This document shows, one piece after another, positions 12,707-37,200 of a stretch of DNA of 64,000 nt. Made by a program: the position numbers and the translations under genes. The stretch's first letter is position 1, and the number at the start of each line of letters is the position of its first letter. The notes under the pieces are model-generated. The model was given only the letters and a program-made list of their open reading frames with translations, did no database searches and was not told where the DNA came from. This DNA comes from Gracilinanus agilis (taxonomy: Eukaryota), in contig NC_058131.1 in the NCBI RefSeq assembly GCF_016433145.1, forward strand, positions 648,134,729-648,198,728, given 5' to 3'.

Positions 12707-14174
12707 AAGAATATCTCATCTTCATATAGCTTTTATTCTTTTATCTTGGTTAATTTTCACAATCAATAAACATTTATTAAGCCCCTACAATATGCCAAGC
12801 ACTGTGCTACAACTCAGAGAGGTAGCTGCTATTATTATCCTTATTTTACAAATGACAAAACTGAGGCTGAGTTGAAATGATTTGTCCCAGGTCACATAGA
12901 TACTAAGTGTTTTAGGTAGAATTCAGATTCAGGTTTCCTAAAGCCCAAACTAGAGCACTTTCCTCTGCATCAAACTTGGACCATGTTAATTTATTATTTT
13001 GGGATCTTTTTAAAATTCTATTTTTGTTTATATTTTTTGCCTTTACATCTTAATTTATGAATATATATTCCTCCATCTTCTCCCCATTGAGCCATTTGAA
13101 TTTATTATGAACACTGTCCACTCCCTCACATACAGATTGAATAGTAATGTTCAGACTCTGATGCTCAGATCCTAGTAAATAACTGAGCATGTGCAAAACA
13201 GAAGATGAAAAATAGCTCCCAGCAGTCCACAAAACAGAGTGTGTGCAGAAAGAAAACTGGGTTCAAAGGTCAGAAGAATATGAAAGTAATGGGAAGAGTC
13301 TCTTCTAGTGGCTCCTTGGAGGAATGTTAAAGGCCCACGATCTTGGGATCATCTGCTTCTTTTTTCTGCTCTCTCTCCTCACATGACTCCTGTGAATGGC
13401 CTGGTGGGAGAATTTAATTTCTCTGCCAAGAGATGCTTTTCTTCCTGGGCAGGTGCCAACCAAGACAAAGACGTTGTAATATCAGACATGCCTTTTTTAA
13501 AATGAGTTTTACAAGATGATTGAATAAATAAGAATGTGTAGATCCGGGGAGAGAATGTGGCTTGCTTGTTTCTGCATCTTAATCAGGGTCCTTACTGAAT
13601 TAGCTTGATATTTTGCTGGGAGGAAAACAAAGAAAATCTCTAGAAAGAGAGTAGTATCCTAGAAAGCAGAGGAAAGCAGGAATGGGTGAACTTTATTATC
13701 TTTGCACAGGGCATGTGGACATTCTTGTTTGTTTTAGTAACAAGATTATTCCATAGATCATAGTCTGCAAACCTTTGCTGTTGCTTGTTGCTCGAGGTTA
13801 TCAGCTCTGGGGAGTTTTTTGAGGAAGTCCCCAAAACTTCTGGTAAAGAAAAAAAAGTGAAAGTTCTATAAGGTAGTGGTTGGCTTATGGGTAGTCTTTC
13901 CGCCTTGAAAGCTCTAAGTTTAGTGAGGGGATGTCTATGAGGCTCTTTCAACAAACTTCTCCTCAGAAACTTTTCCCAAACAGACATAATTTGTCTGTTT
14001 CAGGAGAAAGAAACAAACTTTCCGGAGATAGTATGGGGAGTAGTTCAACCCCCCCTGGGGTCACCATCTGAACTTGTCTTGCACATTTCTGCTATCTCTC
14101 ACCTTTGTCCATGTTGCCCCCAAACACCTCCCTCTCTTCTGTTGAATTTCTGCTGATCTTTTTATCAACCTGAA

Positions 14175-14175
<1 letters not shown>

Positions 14176-14206
<31 letters not shown>
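14176..14206. repeat. (AAC)n microsatellite
   Basis: About 10 units. Confidence 0.95.
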
Positions 14207-14207
<1 letters not shown>

Positions 14208-14576
14208 AAACCATGAAGCCACCAAAGCAGATACAGAAGAACATGTTTTTAATCAGGACAAAGGAGAATATTCTCTTATGGTTGCCACACAGAATCATAC
14301 ACACAAACAGGGCAACACCACCCAGAATCAAGCTCTGAACCTCTGGGTAAAAAACACCATGAATGGGAATTTCTGTCAAACTAAAGAACATGGGGTTATA
14401 TTTATACCTTATTGGAGTATAACTAAAGGGAAACAACTGACTTGACTTGGTTACTACATTAGGGGTAGGGAAAGAGGTTGTAGGCTGAGGCTAGGTATCT
14501 GGGAGCAGCCTCAATACAAAAAGAGAAACTAAGAAAATAAAAGGGTACCTAAGATTTGACTACACCCACCACTCTT

Positions 14577-14754
14577 TTTTTTTTTGTTAAACCCTTAACT
14601 TCTGTGTTTTGGCTCATAGGTGGAAGTGGTAAGGGTGGGCAATGGGAGTCAAGTGACTTGCCCAGGGTCACACAGCTGGGAAGTGTCCAAGGTCAGCTTT
14701 GAACCTAGGACCTCCTAACCTGACTCTCAATCCACTGAGTTACCCAGCTACCCC
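14577..14754 (-). mobile_element. Young SINE1_Mdo-like SINE
   Basis: tRNA-like A/B boxes, CORE segment, A-tail; perfect 17-bp TSD CTACACCCACCACTCTT at 14560-14576 and 14755-14771. Confidence 0.93.
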
Positions 14755-15300
14755 CTACACCCACCACTCTTAGCTAAGGTCCTCAATGGGTGTTTGATGG
14801 TCTATTGTTCAGTCTGGGACAAAGGGTCAGTCTGGAAGTTTCATGAAGGCAAGTTCCCCTGGGAGCCCTCCAAGCCCTGAGCTATCACTTCAAGTTACAG
14901 ACCTAACTGTTCTAGATGGGTTTTCTGTTTCTGTTTCTTGTTTTGTTGTTGTTGTTGTTTGTTTTTTTGCTTTTTCTGCTTGCATACATGGAACCTGTTT
15001 GGTCCCTGCTCTCCTCAGTTTCTTCCTATAACAGGTGTTATATATAAAATCAACTCAGGTTCTTCCTATGTAAGGGTTAAATCCCATCTTCCCACCTAGC
15101 TCCATATTCCTATAGATTTCCAAAACTTGGAGAGTATTTTCTTTTGTCAGAGCCCACAAAGACCATGATAGAGAGAGAAGTTAAGTTTAGTAACTGTGTA
15201 ACCCCCAACTAATTTTGATACAGTCACTGAACCAATTTTCTACCTAGCCTCTCCTACCTTCTTTGGTTCCTTCTCTCCCAATTGTTTCTAATTGCTAGAG

Positions 15301-15797
15301 CAGTGATGTTGAACTTATGGCACAGGTGCCAAAGATGGCATGTAGAGCACTCTCTGTGGGCACCAGGTTGTGGTCCCCTACCCAGAGTTGGTTACTAGAA
15401 AGGCAGAGGGACTTGGGTGGAATTGTTCTTTCCATTGTGCCCGATGACATTTTTTCACTTCATCTGCCCCTCTTCCCAGCAACCTAATGGAAACACACAG
15501 TGGGTAAGCTGGGCAGTTCACAGGCTGCAGAGCTAGAGGAGAGCAGACTACTGGGCCACACTCCTCCCCCACTCTACACTCACTGAGGATATTCCTCACT
15601 TCACCCACCTCCCTATCTAACAGCCCAATAGGAGTGCTTTTTCACTCCCCTGTGTGGGGTAAGGGTGGTGGGGTGCTCATGAAACTTGGTGGTGGGGAGG
15701 GGCAGGACACTCAGGCACTGGAGGGAGAACCCCTGGCACTGTGTCTGGGGGGTAGGTGCAGCCTAACACTCATTCTCTAAAAGGTTTACCCTCACTG
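15301..15797 (+). mobile_element. Non-autonomous hAT element (OposCharlie-like termini)
   Basis: TIRs CAGTGATGTTGAACTT / AAGGTTTACCCTCACTG; flanks TGCTAGAG and CTATAGAG (5 of 8 match). Confidence 0.75.
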
Positions 15798-18700
15798 CTA
15801 TAGAGTGTCTGTTATTTTGTCTCCTCCATTGAAAGTCTTGCCATACAAAGCATCCCTGGTATTTCTCAAGATGTCCTTGAAGCACCTCTCTCTTCCAGGC
15901 ATGCAAACAGCACAGATTTCTCCTCCTTTCCTACCAAATTTGTACCATATTCCCTTGGTAGACACTTTAAGCTTCAGCCTCCCACAGCATCTCTATAGGG
16001 TCAGCATTTGGGGAGTGGGGCTGGGGTGCAAGGGAGGGGGAGTGTGGGGTGGTGGGAGGGATTAGCCACATTCCACTTACTCTCAACGCAACTCTCCTAA
16101 ACTTCTCCTGGCTCCCAGAGTAGGGACCCTTCATTCTTTGGTCCAGCTCTTCTTTATATGTTATCTTATTCCATTAGAGTGTAAACTCCTTGAGGGCAGG
16201 AATGGTCTTCCTTGCTTCTATATCCCAGTATTTAGCATAGGGCTTAGCACATAGTAAGTGCTTAATTAATGTTTTGCATATCTACATTTCAGCAGAGCTC
16301 CTAACATGCCCATGATAGCCCACTTGAAGATCTCTGGCCAAAGGGCCAATAAGATTGGGCTGTTATAATCTGTTTAAGGGTACCAGCCAATGTACAAGTA
16401 CTTCTTGTGTTGGAGACTAGTAAAATCTATACCACCAACCATTTCAGAAAAGGCATGTCAGCTGGCTGCCTTGTTGTTCAATTTACCATTTTGGGGGGAC
16501 TTCCCAGACTATAAATCTCTGGCCCTCATTCCTCGTGTGTTATCTTTTCTTGAATGAGAGCTCCCTGAGGGCAGGGATTAGTACCTTGTTTTTGTATCAG
16601 TATCTTCAGTGCTTATACATACTCTAACATCCAGGGAGTTCTATGTTCTCTCAGCTAAGAATTTCAGTCTTACCTATCCACATTTTACCTATGGATATGT
16701 CACACCTGTTTAAGTCACAAGTGAGCATGCCATACATGCTGACTATGAATTAGAGATTTTAATTGGGGGAGAGGAACGGGAATGTTGAGAAAAAAAGAAT
16801 CAAAGAGAAGAAGAAAGCAAAATGACTGGAACTAGTGGGTGAATTTTACTCAGAGATAGGACAGGAATCTCAATTCGAACCAAAAGCCCTCAGTATCCCT
16901 TCTATTCACCAGAAGGAGGTCTAAGCACTGATACAATGAAAAACAAAAGACAATCTCTGTCCTCAAAGATCGCATAGTCTAATGGTGTGATAACATGTAA
17001 AACAACTATGTGCAAATAAGATATAGACAAGATAAATTGGAAATGATCAACAGAGGGAAAGCACTAGAATTAAAGGTGATTTGAGAAAGACTTCATTAGA
17101 AAATGGGATTTTAGATGGAATTTGAAAAAAGCCAGGGAAGTTAGGAGGCAGAGATGGAGAAAGCATTCCAAGTATGGAGGACAGGGCAGCTATTGTGCAT
17201 ACAAAATTCACGTAGAGTATGCAGAAAGTATTACTTGCGGCACAAAAGTTAGGGTGCTCATCTAGGATATTTTTATTTGTGGGGGAAGTGTGTATGTGTT
17301 GGGGGAAGAATAGGTTTGCTTCACAGTCACAGGAGTCACAGTTGGGTTGGAATTTTCTTCTAAATGTTTCTAAATTTTTAACTGAATTGTATTTGTCCAC
17401 ACAGATATCATTACTTTGTAGTGTCTCACATAGTTTTCTCCTAAGGAAATTTTCAGGCCTCATAGGTTCCCCATAGGAATGAAACAGCAGAGCAGAAATG
17501 GCCACTACACAATCTAGTAGTCAATCAACAAGCATTTATTAAGTGTTTGCTAGGTGCTAGGCACTGTTATTAAGCACAGAGGTACAAAGAGGGGGGAAAA
17601 ATCCTTGCTCTTTGTTTAGAGGAGAAGACAACCCGTAAACAATTATATACCAGCAACTTACAAGATAAATTTAGGGTAGTCTCAGAGGAAAGAAAGATCA
17701 AAGAGGAGTGGGGAAGACTTTTTTGGAAGGTAGGGCTTTAGATGAGATTTGAAGAAAGTCCAAGAAGTCCGGAGGTGGGAGATAAGGAGGGAGAGCTGTC
17801 TAGATGCATGGGGAGGCTGGATAGATAACTCTGGAATCTTGCTTACTCCTCTACAAGGGATACTTTGATTCCTCCTTAGATAGAAGCAGAAGCCTTGAGA
17901 TTGGTCATGCTGTTCTTCTCTAAGAGACAAAGTTACTAGACTAGAATTATATCTCTGCCTCCCTAAATACTGCTGTACAACTTGTTGCAAGGTTTTTAGA
18001 CTTAATCCTTTTTCCTGGTTACCATTCTTTAAAGGGGGAAGGGATATCCCACGCTTACATCTGCAAGTTTGCCTTTCTGTCAAATTCTATCACACAAAAG
18101 ACAGTGGCTGGGGAGTAACCTTCTTTATCTAAGCATATAGTAAACAGATATCAGAGAAGATATGTAGATTATAATATACCAGAAAATATAGATTGAACGT
18201 AGTTTTCCTACAGGGAGCAAGATATCTCAGTTCTCTACCAAAAGAAACCTTAATCTTTCCCAGGAGAAATTCTCTTAAATTTCTCTCTTCTAAAAAACTT
18301 TGATAATTTTTCCATATAACTGGAGAACAATTATGCTGTTTAAATGGAAGAGTTTGAATCCAGTCTGTGGAGATCTTGGAATTTTACTAGTCAAGAATAA
18401 GACAGAGGAAGAAAGGAAGTGGCTTGCCCCAAAATAGTTTGAGTCAAGTAGCAAGGATCTGAAACATAGTTGCTCAGAGATGATTAGGTAGCACAGAGGA
18501 TTCTCGCCCTCACAGCAGAAACAACATTCTATTTTTTACCTAACAGCTGATATTTAGTGTAGAGCTGGTAAAGCACTTCATGATCTCATTCGAGTTTTAC
18601 AATAATCTTACAATAATTTAATAGGTAATTAGCGGGATGATTATCCCTATTTTACTAAAGAGGAAAGACTCATAGGGATTAAGGACCTTGCCCAAGGTCA

Positions 18701-18899
18701 CCCAGCTAGTGTCAGGGGCCATTCTATCCCGGAACGTCCAGACTTCAGTTCTGACCCTCTGGCCACCTCGCCTTAGGGGTCACTTGGTCCAACCCTTTCT
18801 TTTTACAGATGAGGAAACTGAGGCCCGGAGAAAAGGGACTTGCTCAAGGTCACAGCTACAAAGCAGCTAAAAGCAGTTAAAAGGCGCAACGGGATGGGT

Positions 18900-31323
<12,424 letters not shown>

Positions 31324-32145
31324 AAAGCAGACCACTAGCACATGCCAGCAGTAGCCAGTCCTTCCCTTTTCACTGTCCCCACCACATCTCTCCCCTGCCT
31401 GCTCCATACACTGACCATCGCCTTAGGGATCAACATATAGCTGCAGGTGGGGGACTGATGGTTCCTTCTCTCATTTCCTTACTATTTCAGACCAATTCCT
31501 TTCTCTCCTGTGGACCCTCCCCTCAACCACATTAGTCAAAATACCTGCTGGGTGGTTTGGCACAATAAGGACCTGGTTGGGGGTTAGGGATGGGGACATG
31601 GTAAGAAGTGACCAATGTGGGGAGTTGAAAGAAGCAGCTGTTCCAGTTACTCCTATGAGCCAGTCCTGCCAGTAGGACAGCCCTCTCAGGGGCTGTTGCA
31701 GTAAGCTGTCATTTAACAAATAATGAAAATCTAAATATTGATCATTTTTCCTCCCTAACCCAAGAAAAATGGATCCGGGAGGTTGAGATTATGTGCTAAT
31801 GTTTACTTATATTTACTTTCACAAGAGACCTTTCTAGACTGGTTGTTTTTAGTGATTTTTTTTTTAATTGAACTGTCCCACATGGTAATCATCAGAGAAC
31901 TCGAGCTGTACCAGAGTGCAGAGTTTTTGATTTCTAAAGGCTGGATGCGTACATCCCACTGTGCATTCTCTAGTCCCATCTCTATTTTGTGGCAGTGAAA
32001 TGCCCCCAAGTCATGTCAAAATGTGTCTCCTGTATCCCACTGCCTTCCAGCCAAACAGACCTGCCACCAGGGTCCTCATCAGTTTTAGCATAAGTACTAA
32101 CCCTGCCCACCCCCATTCCCCTCTTTTTTTTTTGTTGTTCATTAT

Positions 32146-32151
32146 AATAAA
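32146..32151 (+). terminator. PGAM1: PGAM1 polyadenylation signal
   Basis: AATAAA about 820 nt after the stop, followed by GT/T-rich sequence. Confidence 0.75.
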
Positions 32152-33876
32152 GGAGTGATGTGCAATACTTCTGTGAGTTATGTGGTGTTTCTTATTTCCC
32201 CAAGTCTCAGCATGAATTAATCCTTTTCATCATTCCAGGTTTCATATTATGGCTTTAACAATCTCTGGAACTCTCATAGTTTCCCCTTAGAATCGCTGTG
32301 ACCAGATAATAAGGTCAAAACTGCTCATGGTATCCTCAAATGCCAGGCTGTTTCTTCTGTTCCTGCCCAAGGGATTAAAGGAAAATCCCTCCATTTTGAG
32401 ATTCAAATTTAGTGGTCCTGATTCTTTTTGTCCTGCGAGGCATCCAAATGTTAAGCAAAGTGGATTTCGGGATTGGGGTCTGGGAAGGCCTCTGCTTGAA
32501 CAGAAATCCTTTAATCTTGATAGATGCATTGTTATCTACCAAGAGTCTTGCTAGATTAGATTGAAAATCCAATGATGGGGACCTGACATCCTGAGGCAGA
32601 TAATCCTATTTTGGGACAATTTTGCTAGAAAGTTTGACTTTAGTTTGAGACTAAGTCTGTGTCAAAAGTCCCCTTTGTTCATAGCTTCTAAGGCCTTCTG
32701 GGGAAATGGAAAAAAGTAGCTCTTCTCCATATGGTAGGTAAAATACCTTCTAGAACCCTGTTGGTGAAGATGTTTTTGGGGGCCGGTCCATCTCTGCTTT
32801 CCATTGCCTATAGGACATTTTTTGCATGTTCGGTCTCTGTCCTACAGACCAATGAGAGCACTTCCTCTGCTCTGGAGGAAGGGGTGGGGGTGGTGGGGGC
32901 TTAGGTGCTTGAAGTTGCAGTTTGGGCACTCCATCTCAACTTGACAAGGCCTAACACATGCAGGGTGTTTCACTCATTTATTAAGCACCTATTGTATGCC
33001 AGGCCTTGGGCAAATACTGGAGATAAATGTAAAAATTTCTGTTCCTGAAGAACATTCAATCTATTAGGGGAAGACACCATGCCAACAAGTACTATCTCGC
33101 AAAAAGAAGGGATACACAGGACAAATTTGAAATCATTTAGAGGCTAGACTGGAATGAAAGGGAATCAGGAAAGGTTTCCTATAGGTGGTGAGATTTTAGT
33201 GGGGACTTAAAGGGCAAGTAGGAGATGGAAATGAGAGAGAATGTCCCAGGTGGGGAATATGGAGTTGGGAGGCCAAAGTATTTTGTTAGAGGAAAAGAAG
33301 CCAGTGTTACTGAAGAATACTAGGAGGGTGTCAGGAGGAGACAGAGAGGTTATGAAGGGCTTTGAACACCAAACAGGATCTCAACCTGCAGGTGAGTAGA
33401 GGGGTGACATGTTACACCTCTGCTTTAATGACATATGATGCTTTTCTATATGGCATCTCAACACACCTGACCCAAGATGGAGTGGCTGAAGCAAGCTCTA
33501 ACCTTGGGAATTATGCTACAAAACAAGTTGAAATGAAAGATATACCACACTGAGGGAAGGCAAGTATAGACATTCTTAGAGAATCTAGGAAAAGGATTGG
33601 AAAATAAGGAACTTGTATTTGTATGGTGCTGTCCATTACCACTGTCACAATCTGATAAGGAAAGCAGTACTTGGCCACTGGGACTATTGCAGTAGCCTGC
33701 TGGTTCTCCCTGATTTTACTTTCTTCCCTGTCTAATAAATCCTTTCCATTATAGCTATGTTAACTTATTACTCACTGTCTCAAAAACTTTAAATGACTCT
33801 TTTCTACCAAATAAATCCAAACCCCTCAACTTGACACTGAAAGCCTTAAAGGACTCAAGGAATCAAAATTAAGCTT

Positions 33877-33882
33877 TTTATT
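33877..33882 (-). terminator. EXOSC1: EXOSC1 polyadenylation signal (distal; a second AATAAA at 34082-34087)
   Basis: AATAAA on minus strand about 300 nt after the stop. Confidence 0.6.
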
Positions 33883-34184
33883 AAAAATGCATTATTTGTC
33901 TGAAGGAAAACAAACTACATTTACAAAGGTGGCTCAGGAAACCACTACTTTGGCTTTTTCCAACATCAGGTAATTTTTTTTGCTGGCATCTCAAAGGGGA
34001 AAGAAAGTTCATTCAGTTCATCTGTAGACTTGCAGTGAAAGGCTCATAACAAACGTCCCTATACAGTGGAAATTTCAGGCATTTATTTCCAAATGTGGTT
34101 TCTGGTAAGCCCAAGGTCTTCTTGTTTCGATCACATGCGGATGGTAGGAAACGAGACACCCCAACATGGGGAAGGGTGAAGCTA

Positions 34185-34291
34185 CTACGTCTGCAGGAAC
34201 TCTGGCTGTACTCGGGCAACCTTGCGGAATTCTTTAGTGTGTGTCCTAGGGCACTGCATCTCACACCAGCTGATGGGCACCATCTGGACAC
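34185..34291 (-). CDS. EXOSC1: EXOSC1 exon 8
   Basis: VQMVPISWCEMQCPRTHTKEFRKVARVQPEFLQT-TAG. Confidence 0.96.
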
Positions 34292-37200
34292 CTGCTGGAG
34301 AAAATTTCGGAGTAAGCTAGGGCATGAAACTGCAGAAACATCTCCATGATACTTATTCCAGTGACTGGTTCTGGTAGCATGATTTACCACAACTTCAAAA
34401 AACTATCCCAACACCATTTGCCAGATAACTCAAAAGGCAGGGGAAGAGAGAAAGAGATAAGATTGTCCCTAACCACTGTTCCAAGAGAATGAAAAAGGGT
34501 GGGTAGCTGGGTGGCTCACAGTGGACTGAGAGCCAGGCCTAGAGACAGGAAGTCCTAGGTTCAAATGTGGCCTCAGACACTTCCTAGCTGTGTGACCCTG
34601 GGCAAGTCACTTAACCCCCATTGCCTAGCTCTTATCACTCTTCTACCTTAGATCCAAACACATAATTGATTCTAAGTTGGAAGGTAAGGGTTAAAAAAAG
34701 AAAAAAAAAGAAAGAGGGTACAGCTTCTAGTGGGAAGCAGCATTGAATTACCTGATTCACTATGGGCCACCACCACTCCCAGCTCATTTTCTGCAGTTGT
34801 CAACAGGTAGTTGGATTGTGCATCACCGAGGGAAATCTAGAGAGGTGTTTGGTTAAGGAAAATATGTCGAGCCAAAAAACCTTTTCCACCCAGTGAGAAT
34901 GCTTCCTCTTTCCACTTGGGCTTTCCTGACATATTCCTCTTCCCTTTATAAAACATCCTGTGTACAGGGAATAAAGGATACCACTTAAAACTTTTTAAAA
35001 AATTAATATTTTTTTATTTAAAGAGATTTATTGGGAAAGTAATTACTAGAGGAAGGAAAGGAGACACTGGCTTATATCATCCCCAGAATCAGAGAATATT
35101 AGAGCTGGTAGAGGTTCTTACCTAAGGTCAGAATTAGCTAATGGGAAAGATGGAACTTGCCCCAATCCAAGTCACCTTATTCCTAATCTACTTCTCTTTC
35201 TACTGTGCTTACAGCATGATGCCTACATTCATGTAGATTGCAACTCTTGTTTTGGAGAATGGCTGAGGCTGCAAACATCCTCTTCCTCTACTGAAAATGG
35301 TAAAGACCCTGGAGAAACATCAGTTCAGTTTCAGACAACAGAGAGCCTGGTCATCCTTTTTTTTTTTTTTTCACATGATGACCCTTTAAATATTTCTCTC
35401 AATCAAGAATTTATTAGTATTAAAAGAACCAGGCAAGTCAATTGTATCAATTGATGGAAAAATTTAAAAAATATTTTAAAATTAATTTTATTTTTATTTC
35501 TCCTATCTGTGCAAATGCACTTTTACATACAAAAAAATCAAAAACAAAAACCACACACACAAAAAAATTGCAGGAGGCAATTAGGCGGCTTAGTGGACTG
35601 AGTCTCAAGACTAAAGATGGCAGGTCCTGTGTTCCAATCTGGCCTCAAACTAGCTGGGTGACCCTGGGCAACTCACTCAACCCCAATTACCTAGCCCTTA
35701 TTGTTCTTCTGCCTTGGAACTAATGCCTGGTATTGATTCTAAGATGGAAGGTGAATGTTTTAAAAATGCAGAGACATTATAATTTTACCTTGAAATAAAA
35801 ATGTTTCAACTTTCTTTCTCTAGTAGGTAGTTAGCAAAGTGACTGGCATATACTAGGCATTTAAAATGTTTATTGATTTGTAGTTTAAGGATACCACTTT
35901 AGCCAGCACAATGTCACCTGGGCGAAAACTCTTATATATTTCAACCTGCAAGGAGAGAAATAATTAGCAATTTATTAAATGCCTTCTATGTGTTAGACAC
36001 AGTGCTAGGGCTACAAAGACAAAAATGACAAAGCACTTGCCCTCAAGGAGCTTATATTCTCCTAGGGGGGGTTATATACATAGATATACAAAATAAATGC
36101 AAGGTCATTTTTTTGTGGAAAGGCATTAGCACCTATGGATATCAGGAAAAGCTTCACATAGGTAGCATTTTAGCTGAAATCCTAAAGGAAATGAAAAATA
36201 CTAAATTATGGGGTTGAGGGGAGGTGGGAAGGCATTCCAGGCATTATAGTCAGCCAGTGCAAAGCTAGAGATGGGAGAGAGTATTGTGTCTGATGAACAA
36301 TAAGGCCAGTTTTGCCTGGACTGCAGTGTTTGGGAAAAGCAAAAATGAAGAACAAGGTTGGAAAAATGAGTTGAGGCCAGGATGGTGAAGAGTTTTACAA
36401 GCCAAAGAAGTTTATCCTAACAACACTAAAGAGCCAATGAAGTTTACTGAATAGGGGAGTAATATGGGAATTCTTTTGATAGCAGTGGATATATGAAGTG
36501 AGATGAGGCAAGAAAACCATTAGGAGGTTAATGCAATAGACTAATTGAAGGCCTCTAAGTGAGGGCTGTGTGAGTAAGAAATGCTACAGGGGTATAAAAG
36601 GCAAAATCTGGCCATGTGGGCCAGATTTGTCCTCAACAAATAAGGAGTCCAGGAAAATGTGGAGGGGGTGAAGTTGGCTGCCTGTTAGCAGGAGGTTTTA
36701 GCAAAGGGAAAGGCACAGATCAAAAGTATGCAATTCAGTGAAATGAATGAAACCCATCTATGGATAGCTTTTCCTTGTTCCAAGGGACAGCAGGTAGGGC
36801 ATAGAGTTAGAAAGTCAATTTATTTGCTTTGCTTTGGAATTAAACCATTGAATTTGAACCCAGCTCATTCTCTCTCAGAGTAGAAGTTATATTTGTTCAT
36901 CTTAATCCCTTTTAAAAGAGCAAAGTATATGTTTAGAAATTTGCAGTTTTAGTCTCCTGGCATAGGATTCTGACCAAACTAAAAATTCTCACATCTGGCT
37001 TAGAGTCAGAACCCATAGTTGAGTTTGCAGAAATGTCAGTAAATATTCTACAGAAATGTGCCCAAACTAGAACAGAGCAAATTGTTCCCTCTCTTGTCAA
37101 TAAAACAAAAAACTCACAAGGAGAAAAGGATCTGAGGGGACAGTGTGGGAAGAAAAGAAATCCACATCTTATGAGAAAGATGATGACTTTAGTATCACTG

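Noticed and set aside
17047-17505. 152-aa minus-strand ORF with Cys-rich middle
   Set aside because: Both ends lie in or next to L2 fragments, it has no recognisable domain, and I could not join it in frame to the neighbouring exon candidates.
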